The notes: generated from the sequence alone by a model not told the origin. A stretch of DNA of 64,000 bases from Nematocida ausubeli (GCF_000738915.1 NW_026515638.1:22882-86881), one strand, 5' to 3'. Counted from the first letter of the stretch, positions 32,687 to 43,973 are shown. A program made the numbers and translations.

Positions 32687-34299
32687 CCCAAAATGTTTTA
32701 AGATTAGTGGTTTACAATAAAATAGTGCCTCTTTGTTTGAAGAATCAAAGTAATAGTAATTTTACTAGATCTTTTTTAAAAAATAAGATAAGTTAACCCT
32801 TCAGTTTTATTTCTGGTAGAGATAAAGAATCTGAAGCCTTTATAAAAAAGATAAAAATAGTTGCTTTTTTGTAAATCTAATGCATAAATAGTTTAAAATA
32901 GATTTATAGAAGACATAAAAATACTATTATACTTTGTCTATAAAATAATTCGAGCTATAACTGGTTATATTCGAGTTAAATGGAGAAGCTGTTGTAGTGA
33001 AATATTCTTGACAATGCTTTTTCTTGATGCTTTTTCTATTTCTCTTACATTGATGGTTTGCATCCTTTCAGACACAAATTTATTTAAACCATCCTGGAAA
33101 CACTACAGTAGAAAGAAAGTCCCTTACAAAGTGGAAATTCTTCAGAAATATTAAATAGAATGCACTCCTTTCACCAGATTAGTCTACTCTTACAATCTGG
33201 AATACTTGTTACAGAATACAGTCAAAATATTCTCTAGACTTATTTACACTTAAATTACTATTTTACTCATCCCTTATAAAGAAATAATTTAATGAAGAAT
33301 TGTAAAACAAGAGAACACTTTGAAAGAAACTCAGATGAAAGAAAAGTGAAGTATCTCAAAGAATCTTCTAGAAATTAGTTAATTTATTCAATCACATTCT
33401 ATTGTATTCAATGGATCGACGTTCTATTGTATTCTGCCATCCCCAGCAGATGCATTTAAACTTATTCTTGTGTGGCAGTAGACTAGTATTACCCACAATA
33501 AAATGGCAATAGATCACTCATATGGGTCAATGTATGATATAACCCGAAATAACCCGAATATATTTATTCAATACGGCTTGTACTACTATTGGTTAAATTT
33601 AAGTTTTCTTTGAAATTTCAGAGAAACCAGAGTGACAGAAAGCCAAGGGAAAAAAGCCAAGGGAAAGAGTCCGTTGTAATTAGTCACAGAGTTTATAAAG
33701 TTTATCTCAGATGAAATGAAATTACTATTTAACTTATGGAGTTATAAATATGTCTACTCATAGACCTATTGCAAGTAATATTTTGAGATACTTTCTAGTC
33801 TATATGTCTATATGTAAAGAAATAAGTTAGCTTTAATAGAAGAATTCATTCATGGATTCAAATAGATTTACATAGAAATGGCTATTTTACTGATGCTTTT
33901 CCATCGATCTTGAATAATTTCTGACTTAATATGATATTACCAAGAGATAGATTAGTTGCAGTATGTGCTTGGTTACTATATCCCAAGTTATTCTGGAATA
34001 CCCCAGTAAGAAGAATCTAACTGGTTTAAATTCTGTGCTGGAATATTCCCAAATAAACTCGTTCAAAGGAGGTTATTCGGGTTATACTCTATGCATATAA
34101 ACACGTAATATTCACTTTTTAGATGAAAGTTCACTCTAATGCAATTTCAGTCTCCCATGAATATAGAGTCTTTCTAATACTTTGGATTAAAATAACCAAT
34201 TATTCTATAATTAAGATAATTTGTGGTTTAAAATACTTCTGTATTATTGGTCAATCCATTCGAAATATCTCCTTTTTTCTATCTATAAATTTCCTCCAT

Positions 34300-34313
34300 T
34301 CTACCCCTGCAAT
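34300..34313 (+). promoter_or_regulatory. microsporidian CCC-type start-proximal motif
   Basis: CTACCCCTGCAAT-ATG here; ATCCCCCTGC-ATG before 41041(-); CTACCCC-ATG before 38998(-); GGGG before 42815. CCC/GGG motifs near start codons are known in microsporidia. Confidence 0.6.
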
Positions 34314-35990
34314 ATGGATAGTTCAAAGCTAGCAGAGGATTACAAAAATAAGTCACTGCCAACAGAAGAAGAACACGAGAAAAAAGCAGCAGAAGAGTGC
34401 TCAACATTCTTTCGGGTTTTGAAGGTGGAATATCCAAAGTTTTTCTGTCTGGGAGTACTTGGGTTCATTACATCTTTTATTTATTCTACATTAAGAGATG
34501 CAAAGGATACACTTATTATTGGGAAAATGCTTCCTACATCAATCCAGTATCTTAAGTCATCAGCAGTCCTCTTATTTACAATTATGTTTGGGTTTATGTT
34601 TCAATATCTTATGTCAAAGGGTGTCAAGATGAGAACAATCATGCTTGGGGCACACATTGGATTTGGAATTTATTTCGTTGTATATTCCGTTGTGATCTTT
34701 TCAATTGCAGAGAAAATAGAGCCATACAAGTTTTTAGTTGCTGATATGTTCAGGGATGCAAAGATGCACACTAGAGGACTTCAGTTCCTTGAAGGACTTT
34801 TCTACATGATTAACTTCTGGACCTGTTCATTATTTTACGTTTCAGCTGAAATGTGGGGAAGTTTCGTTCTATCACTACTTTTCTTTGGATGTGTTAATGA
34901 ATTATGTCTTCTTAAGCAAGCCCTTAGGTTCTACCCTCTTTTCTTAATCTTTGCAAATGTGGCACTGACACTCTCTGGTGTCATGGGCCTTTGTGTCTCC
35001 TTATTGAACAAGACAAGCAAGGAGAATATCATTATATTCTACAGATATTTCCTGATATTACTGGGTATTTTATGTGGAGTGAGTTTCTTCATTTATAAAT
35101 ACCTTATGGATAAGATTATTCCCTACCCTATTTATATCGCATCTAATCCAACCTACACCAAAAAGACAAAGACAAAAGTAGGCATGGTAGCAGGAATTGT
35201 TGCTGCCTTCTCAAATCCAATTATTCTGGCACTGTCTTTGTCTGTGCTAAGCTATGGTGTAGTGACTAACTTAACAGAAGGTGCTGGTAATATGGCAATT
35301 GCAGATTATGCAGAAATTCAAGAAATGCCAAAGGAGTCAATGACAATGATAACAAAGGCAATTCAGCAAGTGGTAGTTGGAATAGTCACAGGAATTGTTC
35401 TTATGTCCCCAATGAAGTCATTTATCCAGAAGAAAGGATGGTTATCATTGGGACTAGTTTCACCAATTCTCTCACTCATTGGTTCTACTATTTTCTTCGG
35501 GTGCATTTGGATCAACAGTAAAATGGTTTCAACTGACAAAAATCTACTGACTAGATTTGCAAAGTCAATTGGATCAATCATGCCATGGACCCTAAAGGGT
35601 GCTAAACTAGTTGAATTAGTCATCAGTATGATCGTTGTAATGACAATTAAAATCATGAAATATGCTGCATTTGATATCTGCAAGGAAGCCGTTGGAGTGA
35701 AAATCCCAAAAGAGCACAGATCCAGGTTCAAAGGAATTTATGATGGAGTATTTGGTAAGCTAGGGAAGTCATTTGCTTCAATAACTCAGATTGTTCTTCT
35801 TTCAATCTTTAACACAAGTGATATAAGAAAGTCAGTTGCAGTCACATTCACAACAACCGTATTAGTAAGCAGTATATGGTTATATGCTACTGTATACTTA
35901 GGAACAAATTATTCCAAGGCAGTTAGAGAAGGGAAAGACCTGCCAGTTTTAGTCTCTGAGTCAAAAGAAAAAGAGAAAGCCACAGCATAG
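34314..35990 (+). CDS. NTT: NTT/TLC-family ADP/ATP (nucleotide) translocase
   Basis: IYSTLRDAKDTL, FYVSAEMWGS, ALRFYPLF, KYAAFDICKE and KGIYDGVFGKLGKS are TLC-family motifs; ~12 TM helices. Confidence 0.95.
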   Translation: MDSSKLAEDYKNKSLPTEEEHEKKAAEECSTFFRVLKVEYPKFFCLGVLGFITSFIYSTLRDAKDTLIIGKMLPTSIQYLKSSAVLLFTIMFGFMFQYLMSKGVKMRTIMLGAHIGFGIYFVVYSVVIFSIAEKIEPYKFLVADMFRDAKMHTRGLQFLEGLFYMINFWTCSLFYVSAEMWGSFVLSLLFFGCVNELCLLKQALRFYPLFLIFANVALTLSGVMGLCVSLLNKTSKENIIIFYRYFLILLGILCGVSFFIYKYLMDKIIPYPIYIASNPTYTKKTKTKVGMVAGIVAAFSNPIILALSLSVLSYGVVTNLTEGAGNMAIADYAEIQEMPKESMTMITKAIQQVVVGIVTGIVLMSPMKSFIQKKGWLSLGLVSPILSLIGSTIFFGCIWINSKMVSTDKNLLTRFAKSIGSIMPWTLKGAKLVELVISMIVVMTIKIMKYAAFDICKEAVGVKIPKEHRSRFKGIYDGVFGKLGKSFASITQIVLLSIFNTSDIRKSVAVTFTTTVLVSSIWLYATVYLGTNYSKAVREGKDLPVLVSESKEKEKATA

Positions 35991-36111
35991 AAGGCTATCT
36001 AAAGGTATGATACAATAAATCACTTTATTCCTTCTGATCTACTTGAACCACAAGGTCTTCATATTTTAATATTTTCAATTAAGCATAAATATTTAGAAGA
36101 AATTTTTATTT

Positions 36112-36501
36112 ATGGAGCTACTGGGACCGAATGCAATTAGAGAGAGTCTGTCTAAGCTGGCAAATGAAATAGAAAATCTATCAAAGAATGGGTCTGCATT
36201 GGAGCAGTCAATTGCCATGAACAGAAGAAAGAATGGTTTATTATCAAAGGACGTGCAAGAACTAAAAAGAAGGACAGATGACCAAACAAACCTCCTGAAC
36301 AGAGAAGAAAATAAAATATTCAAGAATGCCAGGGAACTAGCAGAAATAGAAGATGAAATAAATCAGATAGAAGTAGAATTAGTAGAAATGACAGCAGAAA
36401 AGACTAACTTACAGAATGAATTAAACAGCAGAATTGAAACAATCAAAGAAGGAGAGCTTCTTCTGGGTTTATATGAAGGATGCGTGGGTATTTTTAAATA
36501 A
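36112..36501 (+). CDS. hypothetical coiled-coil protein (129 aa)
   Basis: Continuous heptad pattern, ATG start. Confidence 0.7.
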   Translation: MELLGPNAIRESLSKLANEIENLSKNGSALEQSIAMNRRKNGLLSKDVQELKRRTDDQTNLLNREENKIFKNARELAEIEDEINQIEVELVEMTAEKTNLQNELNSRIETIKEGELLLGLYEGCVGIFK

Positions 36502-36700
36502 GAAGGTACCAAGGACTTGAGTAAATGTAATATGCAGTTTTGTTCATTTTAATTTATATCGGGTTATATCGGGTTATAATATGTTATAATTTATTCTAAT
36601 TTCCGTTATAATATGTTATTAATAGGTTATAATACGTTATAATTTATTCCAATTTATTTTAATTTCTGTTACAATACGCTATTTTCCGTTATAATTTTCA

Positions 36701-37183
36701 TTATATAAGGTACCTTTCAATGTACAAAAGAATGACAATTCCAATATTCAAGCCAATCCAGGTTGTAAAGAACTCAAATGGCATGGAAATTGATTCCTTC
36801 CTGGAAATGAGAATTTGTCTGGCTAGTAGAAGAAGGTCTCTGAAGTCACTCCCAAAGGCAGAATTCCTGGGCATAATGTATCCAATTTGTGCTGAATCTA
36901 AGTTGCACTTTCCACTTCTGTAGGCTATGACATCTTTTGCTGCAATATATCTGACTTGTTTAAATTTCTGGATTGGACAGTTGCACTTGTGGTTGTACGC
37001 ACTTGGGTTCTTCTTCATGACTTCTTTTATGCATGATTTATAAAATGGTTTATCTTTGGCATCTAATCCTGTCATAGCAAATATGTCAAATTCATTTGCC
37101 AAAACAAGCTCTAATTTCTCCTTCTTTTCCAGTTCAGAAAGTGTATATATCTTCACTCTATTAATATCTCCCATTATAAGCAT
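36701..37183 (-). CDS. hypothetical protein with C-terminal TM
   Basis: 160-aa ORF with a hydrophobic C-terminus. Confidence 0.65.
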   Translation of the reverse strand: MLIMGDINRVKIYTLSELEKKEKLELVLANEFDIFAMTGLDAKDKPFYKSCIKEVMKKNPSAYNHKCNCPIQKFKQVRYIAAKDVIAYRSGKCNLDSAQIGYIMPRNSAFGSDFRDLLLLARQILISRKESISMPFEFFTTWIGLNIGIVILLYIERYLI

Positions 37184-37227
37184 GCTTAGACAAAATAATT
37201 CTGAAAAAAATAATCAGAATAATATAG

Positions 37228-37366
37228 ACTAAATACACTGGGATATAGACTAAATATAACAGGATACTACTAAGAATAGTCATAAATACAACAGGATAGT
37301 ACTAAATACACTGGGATAGTACTAAATACAACAGAGTATGACTAAATATAACAGGATGCTACTAAA
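37228..37366. repeat. ~20-bp degenerate tandem repeat (ACTAAATACAACAGGATAGT)
   Basis: About 7 units visible; shares the TACAACAGGAT core with 44025-44375. Confidence 0.85.
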
Positions 37367-37423
37367 GTAACCCTGAATAACCCGAATACAATATATACGA
37401 AATAACCTCAAAATAGTTTATTT

Positions 37424-38998
37424 TTATAACCCGAATAGCTCAGATTCTTGTGTCTCCCTTGATGTAACGGATAACTCCCTTGGTGTAACTGATAACTCGG
37501 ATAATTCCAGGACTGACCCTCCAATGGATGGCTCCCTCCAGAAGGAATTTAAGAATCCTGAGTCATTTTCTGTTTTTTCTTGTTCTATAACTGTCTTTAT
37601 CACAGGAATTACAAGAACACATGAGAAAAGAGAAAATATCAAAACAATAACCCGAATTAATTTGCTTTCCATTATATAATATGTGAATGACTCCATGAAT
37701 GCATCCATTCCATGCAAAACCATCAGAAATATCCCAATTGTAAATGGTGATGAGACTGTGTGCCCTAAAAGTAACGGAATAACTGGCAAAATTAATGAAA
37801 TACTTAAGTGAAATGTAATAAAGTCTACAGCCACAATTATATCTCGTATATAACTCGTGTTAATATAACCTAATAAAAATACGCCTAATAAACAAAATAA
37901 ATGTATAATGTATAAAAAATAAACCTGTACACCAATATATCCTGAATTAAATCTAGATATGAAGAAATAAATTCCAGCAGAAATCAATGGAAATAATAAA
38001 AACATATAAGGATGCATTAATGCAATGTGCTCAATAAATGAGATTATATCCGTTGTAAAATAACCATTCCTTAAGATAATCGCTGAGATACACCAAATAA
38101 TTAACAAAATATGTTCAGGATTCTTCCATTTTAGTTTTACTGGATTATCAAAGATAGATGTAGATTTGCCTGGGACTAAGGTTGTATCTGGGTTATATAC
38201 GCTTATACTTGGGGTAATCAATGGATTTCTGTTATTTGGAGGATTTCCTGGTTCTGTGAAATATTTCCGTAGTAATTGCTTGCCTGCAGGTATATATAAG
38301 AAGTACGTAATTACAGTGCATAATAAAAATAATCCAAATGAAACAATTGCAAGACCGTTATTTGATGCATTATTAAAAATAAAATACAAAAATAACTTGC
38401 AAATTGTAGTGGACACCAAGAGTAATGCACTGCAATTGATTAATTTCCGGGTTCTGTTAGGTTCTGCACTGAATCTTTCGTTAATTAAGACCAAAAACAA
38501 GAAGTTTATAAGGCCAGAACACATTCCAATTATTAAATTCATTGCCCAAAAGTGATATGCCATTGGGCTGACATCAAAATAATTAAGAAGAACGCACATG
38601 AGCACAAATCCACTCATTGCCCCAGGGAGCATTTGAATGGCAGTTGTAAAAAAATTCATTAATTTTTTTTTGTTCTTTAAGGACAGTGTGACAATTAAGG
38701 AAAAGCATGCTCCTATAGCCATTCCAATATTTTTCATCTTATGGCCTATATCTAGGTGATCAATTATCGTATCAAAATCGACTACTTCCGGGTCATTTTC
38801 GAATACTTCGCTTGTTACGTTCAAAAAATCATTTAGTTTTTCCATGTGCTTGTATCTTATGATATTTAATTGTTCAGTTGCCAGAAGCACCAGGACATTC
38901 ATTGCAACCATGGTAATTACTACTGCATGGCGGTTTAAGAATCCTTTTATATTTGGTTTTCTTATGGCTTCATTTGAATTTTCATGATTTTCGTGCAT
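37424..38998 (-). CDS. multi-pass membrane protein, MFS-like
   Basis: 524 aa, two hydrophobic bundles separated by a hydrophilic loop. Confidence 0.75.
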   Translation of the reverse strand: MHENHENSNEAIRKPNIKGFLNRHAVVITMVAMNVLVLLATEQLNIIRYKHMEKLNDFLNVTSEVFENDPEVVDFDTIIDHLDIGHKMKNIGMAIGACFSLIVTLSLKNKKKLMNFFTTAIQMLPGAMSGFVLMCVLLNYFDVSPMAYHFWAMNLIIGMCSGLINFLFLVLINERFSAEPNRTRKLINCSALLLVSTTICKLFLYFIFNNASNNGLAIVSFGLFLLCTVITYFLYIPAGKQLLRKYFTEPGNPPNNRNPLITPSISVYNPDTTLVPGKSTSIFDNPVKLKWKNPEHILLIIWCISAIILRNGYFTTDIISFIEHIALMHPYMFLLFPLISAGIYFFISRFNSGYIGVQVYFLYIIHLFCLLGVFLLGYINTSYIRDIIVAVDFITFHLSISLILPVIPLLLGHTVSSPFTIGIFLMVLHGMDAFMESFTYYIMESKLIRVIVLIFSLFSCVLVIPVIKTVIEQEKTENDSGFLNSFWREPSIGGSVLELSELSVTPRELSVTSRETQESELFGL

Positions 38999-39299
38999 GG
39001 GGTAGATGAATTTAAAAAATAAATAAAAACAATTATGGTTCTATGGGGGGTTATTAGGGTTATTTGTGATTTATTCGGGAATTATTTGGTTTTGGTTATA
39101 GTTATGGTATTTCTTGTGTATTTAAGCGGTTAATTTGAGTTAATTTGAGTTAATTTAGGGCATTTTATCTATTTTCAGTTTATATACAGTTCGTTTTGGG
39201 TAATTTGGGCTAATTCTTGTTATTTTTTTGTAATTATTTCCTTATTTGGGTTGTTTCAGATTTATTATTATTTATATTCCAAAATAAGGAAAAAATAAT

Positions 39300-39670
39300 G
39301 ACAGAACTTTTTACACTTTTCCCAAAACTGCCAGGACTTAATCCACTTTTCCCGAAATAGACAAGATTTTTTACACTTCTCCTAAAATAGACAGAACTTA
39401 ATCCACTATATCCTGAATTTGACAAGACTTATTCCACTCTTATAAAATATATCAAGACTTATGGCACATATATTTATGTATTACAACTTTGTGCAGGACT
39501 TTTTACACTTCTCCCAAAATAGACAAGACTTAATCCACTCACACCATAAATAGACAGAACTTAATCCACTATATCCTGAATTTGACAGAACTTAATCCAT
39601 TTTGTCACAATTTATTCCACTTCTCCAAGACTTAATCCACTATATCCCAAAACTGACAAGACTTAATCCA
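39300..39670 (+). repeat. array of the 17-bp motif GACAAGACTTAATCCAC at ~30-bp period (left arm)
   Basis: Units start at about 39300, 39330, 39360, 39390, 39421, 39451, 39492, 39522, 39553, 39583 and onward; variable 13-14-nt spacers. Confidence 0.95.
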
Positions 39671-39727
39671 CACATAAATAAATATAACATAACTGAAATA
39701 ATATAATTTTATTAGACTAAGAACCAA

Positions 39728-41041
39728 TTAAACCGCAGTTTCTGCAGCAATCATGCTCTTTGCAGCAGGTGTTACACCTTTCTGCTTCATTTTATCTGAA
39801 TATTTTATGAAAAAGTATCCAGGAATACCAACCATCGGACAAAATATCGAAAAAATCAAAAATACGTTATTTTTTAAGATAGGATAGACTAAGTCAAAGC
39901 CAATTAAAGCCAAACTAGAGAATGCTGCATTCGCCAAAGACCCTAATCCTGCTGCAATTGATATATTTCTCTCTTCTTGCAAGATCATTGATGGCAAAAT
40001 CCACGGTAAACTAGCTAAACCCATTGAGAAAAAGACTAAAAATACCCCACCATACCATGCTACAGCAATTGGAGACGACACTGTCGCCATTAAAATTAGC
40101 GCTAAAAATGATCCCGCACCTGAAATTGGCATGAGATACCTGAAAACGTGTATCTTTAAGAATATTATTATGCAGAATATTGCTGTCCCTATCATTCCTG
40201 CAAAATTAAAAAAGTCTTCAGCCCAAGAATTTAAAATATTTTGATCGCTGAAGAACTTGCTTCTGTTTGATAAAATAGGATTAATTCCTGTCATTTGCTG
40301 TGCAATCTGCATAAATAAGCAGGAGAGAATGAAAAATATCTTGTGCTTATCTTTGGAGTAGTGCGATGGGAAACCACTTCGGGTTGCACGAATAATTTCA
40401 ATCTCATTAGAATTTCTCTTTAAATTTTTTGTGAATAAAAAGTTTGTTATAACGGAAATACCTGATATTGCCCCAATTATATAAAAGATCACAATCTTAT
40501 TACTTGGATCCAGGTTCTTTGATATTGTTCCCTCCAAAAATATTCCTAAATTAACAAACAATCCCTGAAGAGTTGCAATTTTTGCCCCAGCGGTTATTCC
40601 TAATAAGGAAATATAATAAACTGGCCCTAATGCACATGCAATTCCTGTTCCAACCCCTAAAAATAAACGAACAACAAAAAGTAAAATATTTGACTTCAAA
40701 AATCCACAAAATACGTTAGAAATACTAATTAAAAATGCAGAAATTGTAAAAATATACTTAAAATACGGATTTGGAATAATTTTGAATATTCCCAATAAGG
40801 AAATACTTAATGAAAACAAAAATGTTCCAATAAACATGCTACTTGCAACAAGGCGCCAATAGGGCATGGCATCAAGCCTAGTTAGCACAGGATCAATTCG
40901 GGTTATATCGGGTTTAATCGGGTTATAAAGGGTTATCTCTGAGAGTGTATTTAAAGATGTCAGTGACATCCCAAAAAGAATTGGGAGTGAGACTGGGCCT
41001 AAAACACTTAGTGCCGTGTGAATTAGTCTATTTTTGCTCAT
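39728..41041 (-). CDS. MFS sugar porter (hexose transporter-like)
   Basis: VRLFLGVGTG, QIAQQMTGINPI (QQxxGIN signature), GLASLPW; ~12 TM helices. Confidence 0.9.
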   Translation of the reverse strand: MSKNRLIHTALSVLGPVSLPILFGMSLTSLNTLSEITLYNPIKPDITRIDPVLTRLDAMPYWRLVASSMFIGTFLFSLSISLLGIFKIIPNPYFKYIFTISAFLISISNVFCGFLKSNILLFVVRLFLGVGTGIACALGPVYYISLLGITAGAKIATLQGLFVNLGIFLEGTISKNLDPSNKIVIFYIIGAISGISVITNFLFTKNLKRNSNEIEIIRATRSGFPSHYSKDKHKIFFILSCLFMQIAQQMTGINPILSNRSKFFSDQNILNSWAEDFFNFAGMIGTAIFCIIIFLKIHVFRYLMPISGAGSFLALILMATVSSPIAVAWYGGVFLVFFSMGLASLPWILPSMILQEERNISIAAGLGSLANAAFSSLALIGFDLVYPILKNNVFLIFSIFCPMVGIPGYFFIKYSDKMKQKGVTPAAKSMIAAETAV

Positions 41042-41074
41042 GCAGGGGGATAAAATATTTTAATATTTATATAT

Positions 41075-42560
41075 GGAAAAAGTCTTGCATGATTGGACAA
41101 GACTTATGGTGGTAGGGGAAAAAGTCTTGGTAGAAATGACAGGACTTATGGTGTATAGGGATTAAGTCTTGTCTGAATTTTTGTTGTAGTTAGTCTTATT
41201 TTGTGTACATTATTTATTGTGTATGTGGATTAAGTCTTGTCATTTGTTACATTATTTATGATGTGTGTGGATTAAGTGTTGGTGAAAAGTGTGTTGTAAT
41301 TGGTCGTATTTATGAACATTATTTATGGCAGTAGAGGAATATATTATGAATAAATTTACAGGACTTAATATACTATGTGTAAAAAGTCTTGTCTGTTTTG
41401 GATGTGTAGGGGATTAAGTCTTGGTGAGTTTATAAAAAGAGAAAAAAGTCCTGTCAAATTTATAAAAAGAGGATTAAGTCTTGTCATTTATGGGAGAAGT
41501 GGAATAAGTCCTGCACAAAGTTGTAATACATAAATATATGTGCCATAAATCTTGACATATTTTATAAGAGTGGAATAAGTCTTGTCATTTATGGGGAGAT
41601 GTGGAATAAGTCCTGCACAAAGTGTAATAAATTGTGACAAAGTTCCATAAGTCCTGCACAAAGTGTAATAAATTCTGTCTTATTTCTATTATATTTTATT
41701 ATAAATTAACCAAAACTTTATACACTATGCGTAATAAGTCTTATTAAAATGGTCATTACTTTATACACTATGTGTAATAAGTCTTGCTATTTTCTGTTTA
41801 TGCAACAGATATCACTATAAACCCAGATAATAACAGGAATATAACCCTAAATACTTTATCTCTTGTTGTTTCTCTATTTCTATTGCCATTTATATTCATG
41901 CAGCCAGAAATAACCCGAAGAATAAATAAGAAATACTTCTCCTTATTACCCCCTGGGGTAGCCCCTTGAAAAAATAAAATGACAAGACTTATGGACTGTG
42001 GAATAAGTCTTGTTATTTTTGGGGAAGGGTGGAAAAAGTAATGGTAAAGAGGAATAAGTCTTGATGAATTTATAAAAAGAGGAAAAAATAATGACAAAGT
42101 GGAATAAATTGTGGTGAAGTGGATTAAATTTTGTCTATTTATGGTGTGGGTGGAGTAATTCTTGTCTGTTTTGGGATAGGGTGGAATAAGTCTTGGTGAG
42201 TTTATAAAAAGTAAATTAAATTCTGTCTATTTTCGGGAGAAGTGTAAAAAGTCTTGTCATTTTGGGGGAGGGATGGAGTAAATTATGAACTTCCCGCCAT
42301 AAGTCTTGACAGCCCGCCATAAATTATGAATTTCCCGCCATAAATCTTGTTTTGCCCGCCATAAGTTATGTTCCCGCGTAATAATTCCTGTCATCCCGCC
42401 ATAAGTTCTGACTAAGTGGAATAAGTCTTGCAAGCCCGCCATAAATTCTGACAGCCCGCCATAAGTTATGTTCCCGCGTAATAAGTCCTGAAAGCCCGCC
42501 ATAAGTCCTGGCATATTTTATAAAAATGGATTAAGTCTTGACTAAGTGGAATAAGTCCTG
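41075..42560 (-). repeat. array of the same 17-bp motif, mostly in opposite orientation (right arm), ending in a CCCGCCATAA variant array
   Basis: Many GTGGA[A/T]TAAGTCTTGTC variants. 41471-41586 is a near-exact inverted copy of 39421-39536. Confidence 0.9.
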
Positions 42561-42814
42561 CTACCTCCTCATATTTTCTCCTCCTCACCCCTCCAAGGGT
42601 CCCCCCTTGCACTCAATTCTCTCCAATGGTCCCCCCTTACAGCCCCTTTTCCCCAAAATATTCCCCATATACCATGTGACCAATCTTTGATATATTTCCC
42701 AATCGGGTAATTCATTTGACAGAAATTTTCTGCTTAATTAAATCTAATATAGTAATTAATATTTCCTTATACGGTAATATTAAACATATAAATATTTACA
42801 TCAGGGGAAAAATA

Positions 42815-43336
42815 ATGCGAGGAATAAAGGACATAGACAACACAATTAAGGAGATGGATAAACAATACGACGCAAACTTTGGTGACTGGGTAAGGAGTGA
42901 AGAGAATTTAGACGTATTATCCGTTAACTTAAAGAAATACGTATATAAATATGACCAAGAATTATTTACTGCAGTAATTAGTTGGATAACCAATGATTGG
43001 GCATTTAATTCAAAAGTAAAATTGATTTATAAAGTCTTCAGGGATGGATTATTTCATACAAATTCACCGGAAGACATTCAGAATTCGAAAGATTCCATTT
43101 TTATTATAAAGAAAATAATTAAAAATTGGAGTGTATTACAGGTCTCTGAACTAATTATTGAATTTATAACAGAAATGGAGAAGGAAGAGAAGAAATTATT
43201 CTTGTTATGGGTTTTGGATGAAGTACCACATGATAGGCTGACTGAAATATTCATTAGAATTGATAATTCTGTTGATTGGGCCTTGAAAATAACGATAATT
43301 AAGCATAATAAGATGGGGAATATGCAGAATAAGTGA
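42815..43336 (+). CDS. hypothetical helical protein (173 aa)
   Basis: Coding-like ORF from MRGIKD, preceded by a GGGG motif; ORF-track extension from TTG rejected. Confidence 0.75.
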   Translation: MRGIKDIDNTIKEMDKQYDANFGDWVRSEENLDVLSVNLKKYVYKYDQELFTAVISWITNDWAFNSKVKLIYKVFRDGLFHTNSPEDIQNSKDSIFIIKKIIKNWSVLQVSELIIEFITEMEKEEKKLFLLWVLDEVPHDRLTEIFIRIDNSVDWALKITIIKHNKMGNMQNK

Positions 43337-43455
43337 GAAGAAATTCGGAAAATGTGAAATAAAGTTGTTCATTTTAGTAAAAGTTTATAGATTTTTGAGT
43401 GAAGGGGTTTAAAACTCGGTTTATTATCATGATTATTTGGCAGTTTAGTGATATA

Positions 43456-43575
43456 GTGGCATAAATTGTGACAAAGTGGATTAAGTCTTGTCACTATGGA
43501 AAAAGTTCTGTCATTATGGATTAAGTTCTGTCATTATGGATTAAGTTCTGACAAAGTGGAAAAAGTCTTGTCATT
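43456..43575 (-). repeat. six 20-bp units of the same motif family
   Basis: GTGGCATAAATTGTGACAAA / GTGGATTAAGTCTTGTCACT / ATGGAAAAAGTTCTGTCATT / ATGGATTAAGTTCTGTCATT and so on. Confidence 0.95.
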
Positions 43576-43601
43576 TTCGCAATAAGAGGAAAAAAGACTT
43601 C

Positions 43602-43973
43602 TTAAAATGAGAATCCAGACAGTGACATATACACAGAAAGAACTGCCCCAAGTACTCCCCCAGATAGAATAGAAAGTAAAAAGGAGTTCACCCTTCTGGT
43701 ATGATGCATTTCTGCATTATTATAAGACAAAGACAAAAGTAACTTATATTCTTCCCCTCGGATATGTCTAAAGCCAAATTGATCAAGTGCATGGACATAA
43801 GATACTAATAAAGAAAGAATAATGTACTTCTCAGATAAAGACAACAAAGAACAAAATGGTTCTATAATCCGTAATATATCCATATGATCATTTGAATTAT
43901 TTTCACCCGTTAATATAGGACTATTCAGGTCATTTCTATTCAGGTTATTCTGAGTGTCTTTGTTCATATTCAT
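43602..43973 (-). CDS. small membrane protein (123 aa)
   Basis: ATG ORF with two hydrophobic segments. Confidence 0.6.
   Translation of the reverse strand: MNMNKDTQNNLNRNDLNSPILTGENNSNDHMDILRIIEPFCSLLSLSEKYIILSLLVSYVHALDQFGFRHIRGEEYKLLLSLSYNNAEMHHTRRVNSFLLSILSGGVLGAVLSVYMSLSGFSF

Noticed and set aside
34314..35990. NTT translocase and class I aldolase as novel horizontal transfers
   Set aside because: Both are established features of microsporidia.
41784..42514. ORFs of 61-99 aa in the repeat arm
   Set aside because: They are translations of the repeat units.
39300..43575. CRISPR array (conserved repeat plus variable spacer look)
   Set aside because: Repeats are 17 bp and degenerate, spacers are only 3-14 nt and recur, orientation is mixed, there are no cas genes, and the context is eukaryotic.
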